64,000 bases of DNA from a virus (Duplodnaviria > Caudoviricetes): the IMG/VR virus record IMGVR_UViG_3300037461_000646, positions 1-64,000 of that record. One strand, 5' to 3'. Position numbers and translations under genes: made by a program. Positions 8,762-17,861 of the stretch are shown piece by piece. Within the stretch, counting starts at the first letter, position 1. Each line of letters begins with the position of its first letter. Below the pieces are notes generated by a model. It was given only the letters and a program-made list of their open reading frames with translations. It searched no databases and had not been told where the DNA came from.

Positions 8762-9064
8762 ATGTTTAGATGGATTATCATTCTTTCGGTTCTTCTGTTT
8801 AGTTACACTTCTTACGCATTCAACTGTGGAGCAAACAACAACAGATTGGCCACCGAAGGCATGCACAAATATCAAATCTTGAAGGAATGTGGGGCACCGT
8901 TGCACAGTCAGGTAGTGGGCTACAACTACGGTGCTGGCAAAATACGCATAGTCGAGGAATGGGTCTACATCATCAAAGCCCATGGTATCAAGCAAATGTA
9001 CCTGTTGAAAATCGGGGGCAATGGGGTTGTTGCCAAAATCGAATGGCTTGGTAAAGTAGAGTAG
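8762..9064 (+). CDS. Secreted DUF2845-like protein
   Basis: Signal peptide, then CG...G..KYQILKECGAP...IVEEWVY. Confidence 0.7.
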   Translation: MFRWIIILSVLLFSYTSYAFNCGANNNRLATEGMHKYQILKECGAPLHSQVVGYNYGAGKIRIVEEWVYIIKAHGIKQMYLLKIGGNGVVAKIEWLGKVE

Positions 9065-9122
9065 TCTGGCACACTTCTTGCAACAGACATGTGTAGGCTA
9101 AAATTTTTGGGGGGAATAGGCT

Positions 9123-11723
9123 TTGCTGTTTAAATCCGACTATAGCTTTGTATCGACCAACTGCAACCCCGATGTGAACTGCCTGAAGTGTGGCCTGTAC
9201 AAGAACAAGCACCACCCAAAGCAGGACTACACTGGCGAGGGCAGATTAAATTGTCTCATCATAGCCGAAGCACCGGGCGAGTCGGAGGATTTAATAGGCA
9301 AACAGCTTGTCGGTGACGCAGGCAAGTGGTTCAGGCGAAAGCTGGCTGGTTTTGATCTGAGCCTTGACCGTGATTTTTGGAAGATAAATTCAGTTTCATG
9401 TAGACCCGTAGACAACCAAGGCAACAACCGCAAGCCCACCGCACAAGAAATTCAATTCTGTCGAGCACGAGTAGAAGCAACCATTAAAAAACTCAAGCCG
9501 CGTTTTATCTGGCTGATGGGGAACACTGCAATCGAATCATTCTATTCAGGCTGGTTTGATTCTGAACTCATCACGATTGGTAAGTGGAGAAGACGGTGCA
9601 TACCCGACCCTGAATCGGGTGCATACATAATACCCATGTGGCACCCCAGTTACCTCACCCGAAATGAGAGGGACTTAAACCTTCAGAGCGTTTACATTCA
9701 TGACCTGAACTATGCCGTCAGCAAATTCGATCTGCCCCCGTTTGAACCCTTGAAGCCTGTGGTCGAAACCACGGTCAACTTTCACAGGGTCAAGCAGATG
9801 CTGAACCATGTATTAGAAGTAGAACCAAGCTTTCTCTACTTTGACTACGAAACCAACTGTCTGAAGCCACAACTGAAAGGCTCCAAGGTTGCCAGCATTT
9901 CTTTCTCTTACGAACACACCGATGAACTGGTGTCGGTGGCATTCCCTTACGATCTGCCAAACATCTTTACCAACCCTGAAAAAGAAATCATAAAAGAGCG
10001 ATGGTCAAAGATATTATCAAACCCCAACATCAAGAAAGGTGCCCATAGCTGCCAGTTTGAAAACAACTGGTCGTATTACCATTTCACCGAACCGAAAGGC
10101 TGGTCGTGGGACTCTCAACTGGCCGCACACATCTTAGATCACCGCAGGGGTGTCTACGGCTTGAAGTTTCAGTCGTATGTCAAGCTGGGCATAAAGCCCT
10201 ATGACAAAGAGATCACCCCTTACCTTGAGGCTGACGGCAAGAACAAGTTCAATGACATAGACAATGCCCCTGTCGGCAAGCTGCTGACCTACAATGCGAT
10301 GGATACATTCTGTGGCTGGCACTTGAGAAAGACCCAGATCAGAGAGTTCATCGAAGACCGAAAAGAGGGGGGCAGACTGCATCAAGCCAATTTGTTTTTT
10401 CTCGATGGTGCCTTGGCTCTCGCTGATATGGAACGAGCCGGTATCAAAACCAACCAATTGTACTACCAAAACAAAAGGAGACACATTGAAACCGAGAATG
10501 AAGAGATTAAGAAATGGATTCTGGCTGACCCTGTGGCGCAAAAATTCAGAAAATCTAAAGGCCGACCCATCAATATCAAGAAAAACGTGGGGGCTGAGGA
10601 TCTTCGGTATCTGCTTGAAAATGTCATTCGCGTACCGATTGAGAAAACCACCGCAACAGAGCTTACCGCAACCGATTCAGAAGTTCTAACACGGTTGAGG
10701 TCGAAGTACCCGATCATCGCCAATATCATGGAGCTACGGGCCGGGGTTCAGCTTCTGCGAACCTACATCATGGGCTACATCGACTGGTCGATCAACGGGT
10801 ACATCTACCCCAACATCAGCTTGCAGATACCCACATCGTACCGCAGTAGTGCAAAGTATCCCAACATTCAGAACGTGCCCAAGCGGTCTGAGCATATTAG
10901 GGAACTCATCAGAAGAGGTATCATACCCAGACCCGGCAGACAGTTGGGCGAGTGTGACTTCAGCGGCATTGAGGTTGCCGTGGGCTGTTGCTACCACAAA
11001 GACCCCAAGATGATAAGCTATCTGACTGAAGGTGGCGACATGCACCGTGACGCTGGGGTTGATGTTTGGATGCTGCCAGCCGCCGAGATCACGAAGATGA
11101 TACGGTTCTTTTTGAAGAACCAGTACGTCTTCCCTGAATTTTATGGGTCAATCTTTGCAAACTGTGCCCGTGGCTTGTGGGAAACCTCTATTGACCTACT
11201 CACCACCTCTGGCGAACCCCTCAGAGAACACATGCGAGTCAAGGGCATCAAGACTCTTGATGAATTCACCGAACACCTGAAAGACTGTGAGAACAAGCTG
11301 TGGCACCGATTCAGGGTCTACAAGAAGTGGAAAGATGACCAAGAGATTATCTTTCGCAAGCAGGGCTTCATTGAAACATTTCTGGGGTTCAAGTTCAACG
11401 ATTACATGGGGTACAATGAACTATCCAACTACCCTGTGCAGGGCACGGCATTTCATGTACTGCTGTGGACTTATATTCAGGTCAACAAAAAGCGACGAGA
11501 AGAGAAATGGCGAACCGTGATACCGGCAGAGGTGCACGATTCAATGTTCTTTGACTTCGCACCAAAGGAGGTAAACCACATCATCAAAACCGTTAAACAC
11601 ATCGCAGAGGTAGAAACCAGAAAGCATTTTGATTGGATCAATATACCAATCAGAATCGAAGCCGAGCTTGCCCCTGTCGGTGCATCTTGGCATGACATCA
11701 AACCCTATGAGGTGACAGCATGA
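9123..11723 (+). CDS. polA: Family A DNA polymerase with N-terminal uracil-DNA-glycosylase-like domain and 3'-5' exonuclease
   Basis: UDG family 4 motifs CLKC, IAEAPG, SCRP, WHPSY; exonuclease FDYETN; polymerase motif A CDFSGIEV, motif B R...KNQYVFPEFYG, motif C EVHDS. Confidence 0.9.
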   Translation: MLFKSDYSFVSTNCNPDVNCLKCGLYKNKHHPKQDYTGEGRLNCLIIAEAPGESEDLIGKQLVGDAGKWFRRKLAGFDLSLDRDFWKINSVSCRPVDNQGNNRKPTAQEIQFCRARVEATIKKLKPRFIWLMGNTAIESFYSGWFDSELITIGKWRRRCIPDPESGAYIIPMWHPSYLTRNERDLNLQSVYIHDLNYAVSKFDLPPFEPLKPVVETTVNFHRVKQMLNHVLEVEPSFLYFDYETNCLKPQLKGSKVASISFSYEHTDELVSVAFPYDLPNIFTNPEKEIIKERWSKILSNPNIKKGAHSCQFENNWSYYHFTEPKGWSWDSQLAAHILDHRRGVYGLKFQSYVKLGIKPYDKEITPYLEADGKNKFNDIDNAPVGKLLTYNAMDTFCGWHLRKTQIREFIEDRKEGGRLHQANLFFLDGALALADMERAGIKTNQLYYQNKRRHIETENEEIKKWILADPVAQKFRKSKGRPINIKKNVGAEDLRYLLENVIRVPIEKTTATELTATDSEVLTRLRSKYPIIANIMELRAGVQLLRTYIMGYIDWSINGYIYPNISLQIPTSYRSSAKYPNIQNVPKRSEHIRELIRRGIIPRPGRQLGECDFSGIEVAVGCCYHKDPKMISYLTEGGDMHRDAGVDVWMLPAAEITKMIRFFLKNQYVFPEFYGSIFANCARGLWETSIDLLTTSGEPLREHMRVKGIKTLDEFTEHLKDCENKLWHRFRVYKKWKDDQEIIFRKQGFIETFLGFKFNDYMGYNELSNYPVQGTAFHVLLWTYIQVNKKRREEKWRTVIPAEVHDSMFFDFAPKEVNHIIKTVKHIAEVETRKHFDWINIPIRIEAELAPVGASWHDIKPYEVTA

Positions 11724-11950
11724 AAACGGAACTGGTCAAAGAAATGGTCAAAGACTGGGCAGGGTCAATCGGCCCGATTAATTTCACGATTGGGGACTTG
11801 ATGATGTTTGCTTTCGATGAGGTGGTTTCCGGCAAAGAGATCGAGAAAGCCGTTTTTTCGCTTGCAAACGAAGGTTTTTTGTCTTATGATAAGCCCATCA
11901 ACAACCCGATAGGCAAACAGATTCCATCATTCCGATTGGCAATTAGCTGA
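11720..11950 (+). CDS. Hypothetical protein (76 aa)
   Basis: ATGA-coupled to polA. Confidence 0.6.
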   Translation: MKTELVKEMVKDWAGSIGPINFTIGDLMMFAFDEVVSGKEIEKAVFSLANEGFLSYDKPINNPIGKQIPSFRLAIS

Positions 11951-11962
11951 GAGGCTAAAGAC

Positions 11963-12940
11963 ATGGCTCTGCAAGTCGATTACCGGCCCAAGGCCCTTGA
12001 AGATTTTTTCGGCAACGACCACATCAAAGACAGCCTTGGTGAAATCTTCAAGCGAGAGAACCCACCCCACAGCTATTTGTTTACAGGGCCTCCCGGCTGT
12101 GGCAAGACCACACTGGCCCGAATCATCAAGAACATTCTCAAGATTCAAAACTCTAATTTCTACGAGTACAATGCCGCCAACACCAGAGGTATCGATACGA
12201 TCAGGGAGATAACCGACAATGCTCAGTATATGGGCATGGGTGAGAACCCCCTGAAGCTTTATGTAATGGATGAAATGCACAGGCAAACTGTGGACTCGAT
12301 GAACGCCATGCTGAAGCTTCTTGAGGAACCCCCCAAGCACTGCTACTTCGTTCTCTGCACGGCTGAAATCGAAACCATCAAACCCACCATTAAGAATGCT
12401 ATAAAGCGTAGGTGCCATGAGTACGAAGTTGCCCCACTAACTCCCATTCAAACCGTACAACTTCTAAAAACCATACTTAGAAAGGAGGGCATCGACCCCA
12501 CTACCCGACTGGGGGTAGTCAAGAAAATCGCAACCGCATCTGAAGGTAGACCTGGAGTTGCACTCAAGTTGTTGGATCAAGTGCTTGAAATTCAGAACGA
12601 AGACAAGGCTATCAAGGTAATCGAAAAGGCAGTTATCACCGAGTCAACCGTGTTGGAACTCTGTCGGCTTCTCAACGACTCAAAAGTAGGTGACAAAGCC
12701 AAGTGGCCCAAGCTGCAAAAGATCATAAAAGAAATCAAAGACGGCAACGATGCTGAAGGGGTGCGGTATGCCGTGCTGGGCTACTTCACTTCAGTTTTGT
12801 TGTCTGGGGGATGGTCGATGCGAACGGCACGGCTGATCACCTACTTTTCTGACAGCTTCATGTACAGCGGCTGGGCCGGTTTCACCGCAGCCTGTTTTCT
12901 AATCAACTTCGGGGAGAATGGTGACGATGTTGCCCATTAA
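11963..12940 (+). CDS. dnaX: Clamp loader AAA+ ATPase (DnaX gamma/tau-like)
   Basis: YRP..LEDFFGN, GPPGCGKTT, MDEMH, NAMLKLLEEPP, RRC (SRC-like). Confidence 0.9.
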   Translation: MALQVDYRPKALEDFFGNDHIKDSLGEIFKRENPPHSYLFTGPPGCGKTTLARIIKNILKIQNSNFYEYNAANTRGIDTIREITDNAQYMGMGENPLKLYVMDEMHRQTVDSMNAMLKLLEEPPKHCYFVLCTAEIETIKPTIKNAIKRRCHEYEVAPLTPIQTVQLLKTILRKEGIDPTTRLGVVKKIATASEGRPGVALKLLDQVLEIQNEDKAIKVIEKAVITESTVLELCRLLNDSKVGDKAKWPKLQKIIKEIKDGNDAEGVRYAVLGYFTSVLLSGGWSMRTARLITYFSDSFMYSGWAGFTAACFLINFGENGDDVAH

Positions 12941-13136
12941 GAAATTTGAAACTGCTTCAAAGTCGAACAAGTGCCACAACTGCAAAGAAATCAAAGAAAA
13001 CGGGTGCCCGTTCTGCAACCGTTGCTTGGATTCTCTGCCCAGCGATTTGCAGTACGATTTGAAATCAACTGAAGAACTCACCAAGGTTGCCGCTTTTGCC
13101 GATGCAACCCTATTTCTCATGAATGACTGGAGGTAA
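12918..13136 (+). CDS. Small Cys-rich protein
   Basis: CHNC...CPFCNRC. Confidence 0.55.
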   Translation: MVTMLPIKKFETASKSNKCHNCKEIKENGCPFCNRCLDSLPSDLQYDLKSTEELTKVAAFADATLFLMNDWR

Positions 13137-13141
13137 TACGT

Positions 13142-14515
13142 ATGGCTTTAAAAGGTAAGGCAACACCCTCTGGGTGGAAAGCTCAAGCCGAGAAGATGAA
13201 GCAGGATCTTCTCAAGCGGTCTGAAGAAGCCGCCAATCGCCAGAAAGAGGGCACCGCCGCCCGTGCCAACTATTTCGTCAAAGAAAAGGTCGGCAGTCTG
13301 CCTTTCTTCAACCCCGGCACAGGCGAACACATCGTAGACATTGTTCCATTCGTCGCGGGTCGCCAAGACCCCCGCAACCCTGAAGGAGCCTACGCTTACG
13401 TAGTTGACCTTTGGGCGCACTTCAATGTCGGTGCCAGCAACGAGGCTGTGGTATGCCCACGGCTCAACTTTCAGAAGAAGTGCCCCATCTGCGATTACAT
13501 GAGGGCCACACGACTGGAGCGCAAAGACTGGCAACGCATTCGGCCCAAGCGTCGAACCATCTACCTTGTCTGGCCCCATGATGAGGATGGCAAACTTGAG
13601 AAGAAAGGTCTTCACCTGTGGGATGTCGCCCACTGGTACTTTGAAGACAAGATCACCGAGATTGCCAAGAAACCCCGTGGTGGTGGCTTCATTCTGTTTC
13701 AGTCACCCGACAAAGATGGCAAGCAGATCAGGTTCACCATCAAGACCGGCAAGTATAAGGATGACACCACGGGCGAGTCTGGCGAGAGAAAAGAATTCAC
13801 CGGCCACAGCTTTCTTGACCGTGACGAAGACTTGCCTGAAAAGATCGTGAACCACGGCATTCATTTAGATGAACTCATCAATATGAAACCCACGACAAAA
13901 GAGATCGAAATCAAATTCGCTGGGGAAGAAGAAGCCCCCGCCGAAGAAGAACCCGAAACCGATGAAGTACCCACCGAAGACGAAGAACCCGAAGAAGACC
14001 CTCTGGCCGAAGAGCCTGAAGAACCAGAAGTGGATGGCCTTGATGACTTGGATCGAATCAAGCTCAAGATGTACATCAAAGAAAACGGGCTTGAAGTCAA
14101 GGTGTTCAAAAACGACAGTGAAGATGACATTCGGGCCAAGATTCGTGAAGCTGTGGGCACCCCTGCCGAAGAACCCGAACCGGAGCCAGAGCCTGAACCC
14201 GAACCGGAGCCTGAAGCCGATAGTCTGGCCGACTTGAGCCGTGATGACCTGAAGCGGTTCATCGTCAAAAACAAGCTGCAAGAGTCAGTCAAGGTCTTCA
14301 AGAACGACACGGATGACATGATTCGGGCCAAGATTCATGAGGCAATGGTGCCTACACCCCCGCCAAAGGCTGCTGCCAAGGGCAAGGGTAAGGCTGCTGC
14401 TGGCAAGGCCATTGAATGCCCTGCCGGTGGCACCTACGGCAAAGATGCAGACCAGTTTGAAGAATGTCTGGAATGCAAACATTACGAAGCGTGTGCTGCT
14501 GAAAGCGAGAAATAA
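13142..14515 (+). CDS. gp32-like single-stranded DNA-binding protein with extended C-terminal modules
   Basis: HFNVG...CPRLNFQKKCPICDY zinc motif; acidic tract; two internal repeats; terminal CP...EC.EC...C. Confidence 0.75.
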   Translation: MALKGKATPSGWKAQAEKMKQDLLKRSEEAANRQKEGTAARANYFVKEKVGSLPFFNPGTGEHIVDIVPFVAGRQDPRNPEGAYAYVVDLWAHFNVGASNEAVVCPRLNFQKKCPICDYMRATRLERKDWQRIRPKRRTIYLVWPHDEDGKLEKKGLHLWDVAHWYFEDKITEIAKKPRGGGFILFQSPDKDGKQIRFTIKTGKYKDDTTGESGERKEFTGHSFLDRDEDLPEKIVNHGIHLDELINMKPTTKEIEIKFAGEEEAPAEEEPETDEVPTEDEEPEEDPLAEEPEEPEVDGLDDLDRIKLKMYIKENGLEVKVFKNDSEDDIRAKIREAVGTPAEEPEPEPEPEPEPEPEADSLADLSRDDLKRFIVKNKLQESVKVFKNDTDDMIRAKIHEAMVPTPPPKAAAKGKGKAAAGKAIECPAGGTYGKDADQFEECLECKHYEACAAESEK

Positions 14516-14517
14516 CC

Positions 14518-15534
14518 ATGGGCGAGTTGATCAAGAGAGGCAAAAAATTGGACCTTCTGCCCACCGGGTCAACTCTGCTGAATCTGGCCTGTGCTGATAG
14601 CCCCTTCGGGGGCTACAGCATGGGTTCCATTGTCAATCTGGTTTCAGATTCAGATGTGGGCAAGAGCATTCTGGCGATGACCACCCTTGCCGACATTGCC
14701 AGCAAGAAAGCCTTTGACCACTACCGGCTTATCTATGTGGCTGTCGAACCTTTGAATTTCGATGTGGCAAGGTTGTTTGGCAAGAAGCTGTTGTATCGTC
14801 TTGAAATTCTTTCATACGAAACCATCGAAGAGCTTTACGTCAACTTCATGAAGTGGATGTCTGAACGCAGAAGCATTGTCGTTGTGGTTGACAGCTACGA
14901 TGCCCTTTCGGTCAAAGAAGAGGTAGACAAGGGCAAGGCAGCTTCAAAGCGCAGGGCTGGCCCCACCAAAGACGATAACATGGCCGGTTACGATCAGGCC
15001 AAGAAAACCAAACAGCTTAAAACCCTGCTGCGGTTTGCCAAGACCGATTTGCCCAAGTCAAAGAGCCTGATGATTGTTATATCTCAGGTGATTCAGAATA
15101 TGGACCCCGGCATGTTCAAGCCAAAGTTCATCGTCACGGGGGGTCAGCCGATAAAGCACTTCCCCCTGCACAGAGTCTGGCTGAAGCCACAGAAGTCTAT
15201 AGAGGTGAGAGAAAGGCGAATCGGCACCTATGTACTGGCCGAGGTGTTCAAGAACCATCTGACCGGCAAGCGCAGAGAAGCTATATTCCCTATATTCTAC
15301 GACTATGGTGTGGATGATCTAACATCATGTGTCACATTTCTGGTCGATGAAAAACACTGGAAAGACACCGCCCAAGGCATCGTCTGCCCTGAAATAAACG
15401 TCACCGGCAAGATACCCGCCATCGTCAAGCACATCGAAGACAACAACCTTTTTCAAGACCTTTACCGCACCGTCACCCGTGTGTGGAACGAAATCGAAGA
15501 GGAACTCAAACTCAATCGAAAGCCGAGGTTTTAA
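14518..15534 (+). CDS. recA: RecA/UvsX-like recombinase
   Basis: LPTGSTLLNLA, variant P-loop SDSDVGKS, VVVDSYDAL, VISQV, VTGGQ, KNHL. Confidence 0.8.
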   Translation: MGELIKRGKKLDLLPTGSTLLNLACADSPFGGYSMGSIVNLVSDSDVGKSILAMTTLADIASKKAFDHYRLIYVAVEPLNFDVARLFGKKLLYRLEILSYETIEELYVNFMKWMSERRSIVVVVDSYDALSVKEEVDKGKAASKRRAGPTKDDNMAGYDQAKKTKQLKTLLRFAKTDLPKSKSLMIVISQVIQNMDPGMFKPKFIVTGGQPIKHFPLHRVWLKPQKSIEVRERRIGTYVLAEVFKNHLTGKRREAIFPIFYDYGVDDLTSCVTFLVDEKHWKDTAQGIVCPEINVTGKIPAIVKHIEDNNLFQDLYRTVTRVWNEIEEELKLNRKPRF

Positions 15535-16386
15535 ATGACCGTTCTTCTCATCGACAGCAATGCCGTTTGTCACCGGGCCAGACACGCCATGAAAGGCTCC
15601 CAACTAAGCCACAATGAAATGAAGACTGAAGTGATTTTCAGCTTCATGAATCAGCTTTACACCTTGGCCGAAGTGTTCAATACCAGCAAGTTCGTCTTTG
15701 TGTGGGACAGTCGTGAAAGCAAGCGCAGAAAAATCTGCCCCGACTACAAACGAAAGACCAAAGAAAAGACCCCAGAGGAGATTGAGTTCGACAACCTGAC
15801 CCTGCCCCAGTTCGACACCATACGATGCGAAGTTCTGCCCAATTTGGGATTCAACAACATCTTCATGAAAGACGGCTATGAGGCCGACGATATTATTGCC
15901 GCCTTGGTGATGAAGCATCCCAACTACTTCACTATCATCAGCCGTGACAACGACCTGTACCAGCTTCTTTTCTATGCCGACATGTACGACCCTCAGATGA
16001 AAAAGACCACAACCAAGACCACGTTCTTCAGATCGTTTGGCATACTGCCTAGCAAGTGGGCCATGGTAAAAGCCATTGGGGGGTGCAAGTCAGACAACGT
16101 GCGAGGGGTGGATAGAGTCGGTGAAATCACCGCAGTCAAATATCTCAAGGGTCAATTGAAAGAGGGGGCAAAGACACTGGCCGCAATCGAAGAGAACAAG
16201 AAGCTGATCGACTTCAACCTGAAGTTGGTCAAGCTGCCTCTCGCTGGCATGAATGGGTCTTTCAGGCTGTGTGAGGATCAACTCACCGTGCGAAAGTTTC
16301 TTGAAGTGTTCACCAAGCTGGGGTTTAGAACATTTCTGGCTGACAAGGAGTTCCCATCGTGGGAACGGCTGTTTAATCTAAAATAG
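15535..16386 (+). CDS. 5'-3' exonuclease / flap endonuclease
   Basis: LIDSN, YEADDIIA, ISRDNDLYQL, GCKSDNVRGV..VGEITA (H3TH). Confidence 0.9.
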   Translation: MTVLLIDSNAVCHRARHAMKGSQLSHNEMKTEVIFSFMNQLYTLAEVFNTSKFVFVWDSRESKRRKICPDYKRKTKEKTPEEIEFDNLTLPQFDTIRCEVLPNLGFNNIFMKDGYEADDIIAALVMKHPNYFTIISRDNDLYQLLFYADMYDPQMKKTTTKTTFFRSFGILPSKWAMVKAIGGCKSDNVRGVDRVGEITAVKYLKGQLKEGAKTLAAIEENKKLIDFNLKLVKLPLAGMNGSFRLCEDQLTVRKFLEVFTKLGFRTFLADKEFPSWERLFNLK

Positions 16387-16401
16387 AAAGGAGATACAAT
16401 C

Positions 16402-16626
16402 ATGGGTGAGCTTCGATGTTTAAATGAAACCGGCGATACCAAAATGATTTGGGACCCTGACAACAAAGACGAGGTAGACGTTGCCAAGGATCAGTTCAAG
16501 GCCCTCAAGAAGAAAGGCTTTCAAGCCTATTCTGTCAAGAAAGGGGGAGAAAAGAACAAACCCATTGATGACTTCGACCCCGATGCTGGCATGATTATCA
16601 TGGTGCCCAAAATCGTAGGGGGGTGA
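16402..16626 (+). CDS. Small protein with C-terminal Gly-Gly
   Basis: RBS AAAGGAG; ends ...FDPDAGMIIMVPKIVGG. Confidence 0.85.
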   Translation: MGELRCLNETGDTKMIWDPDNKDEVDVAKDQFKALKKKGFQAYSVKKGGEKNKPIDDFDPDAGMIIMVPKIVGG

Positions 16627-17315
16627 ATGCCATGGCAACCACTTATGACTGTTCAACGAATTCAGTGTGGGCAGACTGGGCAACATCCACCACAACCTAT
16701 TATACAATCTCTGCCGGTACTGTCTGGACTGATTGGGTAAGCACAGGCACAACCACAAGTTCAACCGCAAGTGGAGACACAGTTGTCTGGAAGTACTGGT
16801 CATCGGCAGAAAAACACGACTACGCATACTCAACGTGGACAGATCAAATCGAGGCCATAAAAGAAACCCGCGAACAACGCAGGGCCAGAGAAGCCCAAGC
16901 CCAAATCGAAGAACAAGAACGGGCTGATAAGGCCAGAGCCGTTGAAGAAGCCCGAAAACAGGCCGAACTCACTGCACAGAAACTGCTTGAAGACCTGATT
17001 ACCGAAGAAGAGATGGAAGTCTACCTGAAGACCGGCAAGCTTTTGGTCAAGGGACGAAAGCACGACTACATACTTTCTAAGGGTTTTCAGGCTGATGTGG
17101 TCAAGATTGAAAAGGGCAAAGTGGTTGATCTCAAGAGCTACAGAAAAAAGGTCAAGGGCACCAGCTATTGTGTGCATCCAGTAGACCAGCACAAGTTGCC
17201 CGAAACCGACAAAGTTATTGCGATGAAAATTGCCCTTGAGTCAGAAGAAGAATCAATCATGAACCGAGCCAACGCCCGTGGTGAGCGTGAGCTTGATCTT
17301 GCAATGGGTATGTAA
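16623..17315 (+). CDS. Hypothetical partner protein (Thr/Trp-rich N-terminus, coiled coil, CxHP domain)
   Basis: GTGA-coupled to the GG protein; C-terminal ..YCVHP...LPETDKVIAMK..LE..E......AN. Confidence 0.75.
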   Translation: MNAMATTYDCSTNSVWADWATSTTTYYTISAGTVWTDWVSTGTTTSSTASGDTVVWKYWSSAEKHDYAYSTWTDQIEAIKETREQRRAREAQAQIEEQERADKARAVEEARKQAELTAQKLLEDLITEEEMEVYLKTGKLLVKGRKHDYILSKGFQADVVKIEKGKVVDLKSYRKKVKGTSYCVHPVDQHKLPETDKVIAMKIALESEEESIMNRANARGERELDLAMGM

Positions 17316-17861
17316 ATGGCTAAAGGTGCTCAAGGCGAAAGAGATGTTGCAAGGGATTTATCTCTCTGGTGGACCGACCACCAGAGAGATGACACCATCT
17401 GGCGTACATCCGGCAGTGGTGCCCGGTTCACCACCCGACAAAAGACCGGCCAGAAGACAGCCAACAGCGCAGGAGATTTTGCTTTCATCGACCCTGTTGC
17501 CAAGCCCCTTTTTGATCTTTTGGTAATCGAGAACAAAGTAGGGTACACCAATCAAATCGACCCCCTATCGGCTGTGGATAGCAAAAAGGCCGACATCTTA
17601 GAAACGTGGCTCAAAAAAGCCTATATTGAGTGTCACCAGACCAACCGGCACTTCCCCCTTCTTGTCTTCAAGCGCAATCGCAAGAATCGCTGCGTCATGA
17701 TGCCCTTCAGATTGTACAGTGTCATTGCACAGAGAAAGACAATGGTATTTCCAAGAATAGTGCTGTTCCCTCAAAAAACCGTTATCATGGGGTTCGATCA
17801 ATTCTTGAACTGGTGCACCCCTGACATCATCAGAGACATATTGAAGGAGGCTTCTAAATGA
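17316..17861 (+). CDS. Holliday junction resolvase-like PD-(D/E)xK nuclease
   Basis: KGAQGERDVA, RTSGSGA, AGD, VIENKVGY (Hjc-type pattern). Confidence 0.75.
   Translation: MAKGAQGERDVARDLSLWWTDHQRDDTIWRTSGSGARFTTRQKTGQKTANSAGDFAFIDPVAKPLFDLLVIENKVGYTNQIDPLSAVDSKKADILETWLKKAYIECHQTNRHFPLLVFKRNRKNRCVMMPFRLYSVIAQRKTMVFPRIVLFPQKTVIMGFDQFLNWCTPDIIRDILKEASK

Noticed and set aside
9074-9100. Possible promoter TTGCAA...TAAAAT before polA
   Set aside because: The 15-nt spacer is suboptimal; not enough support.
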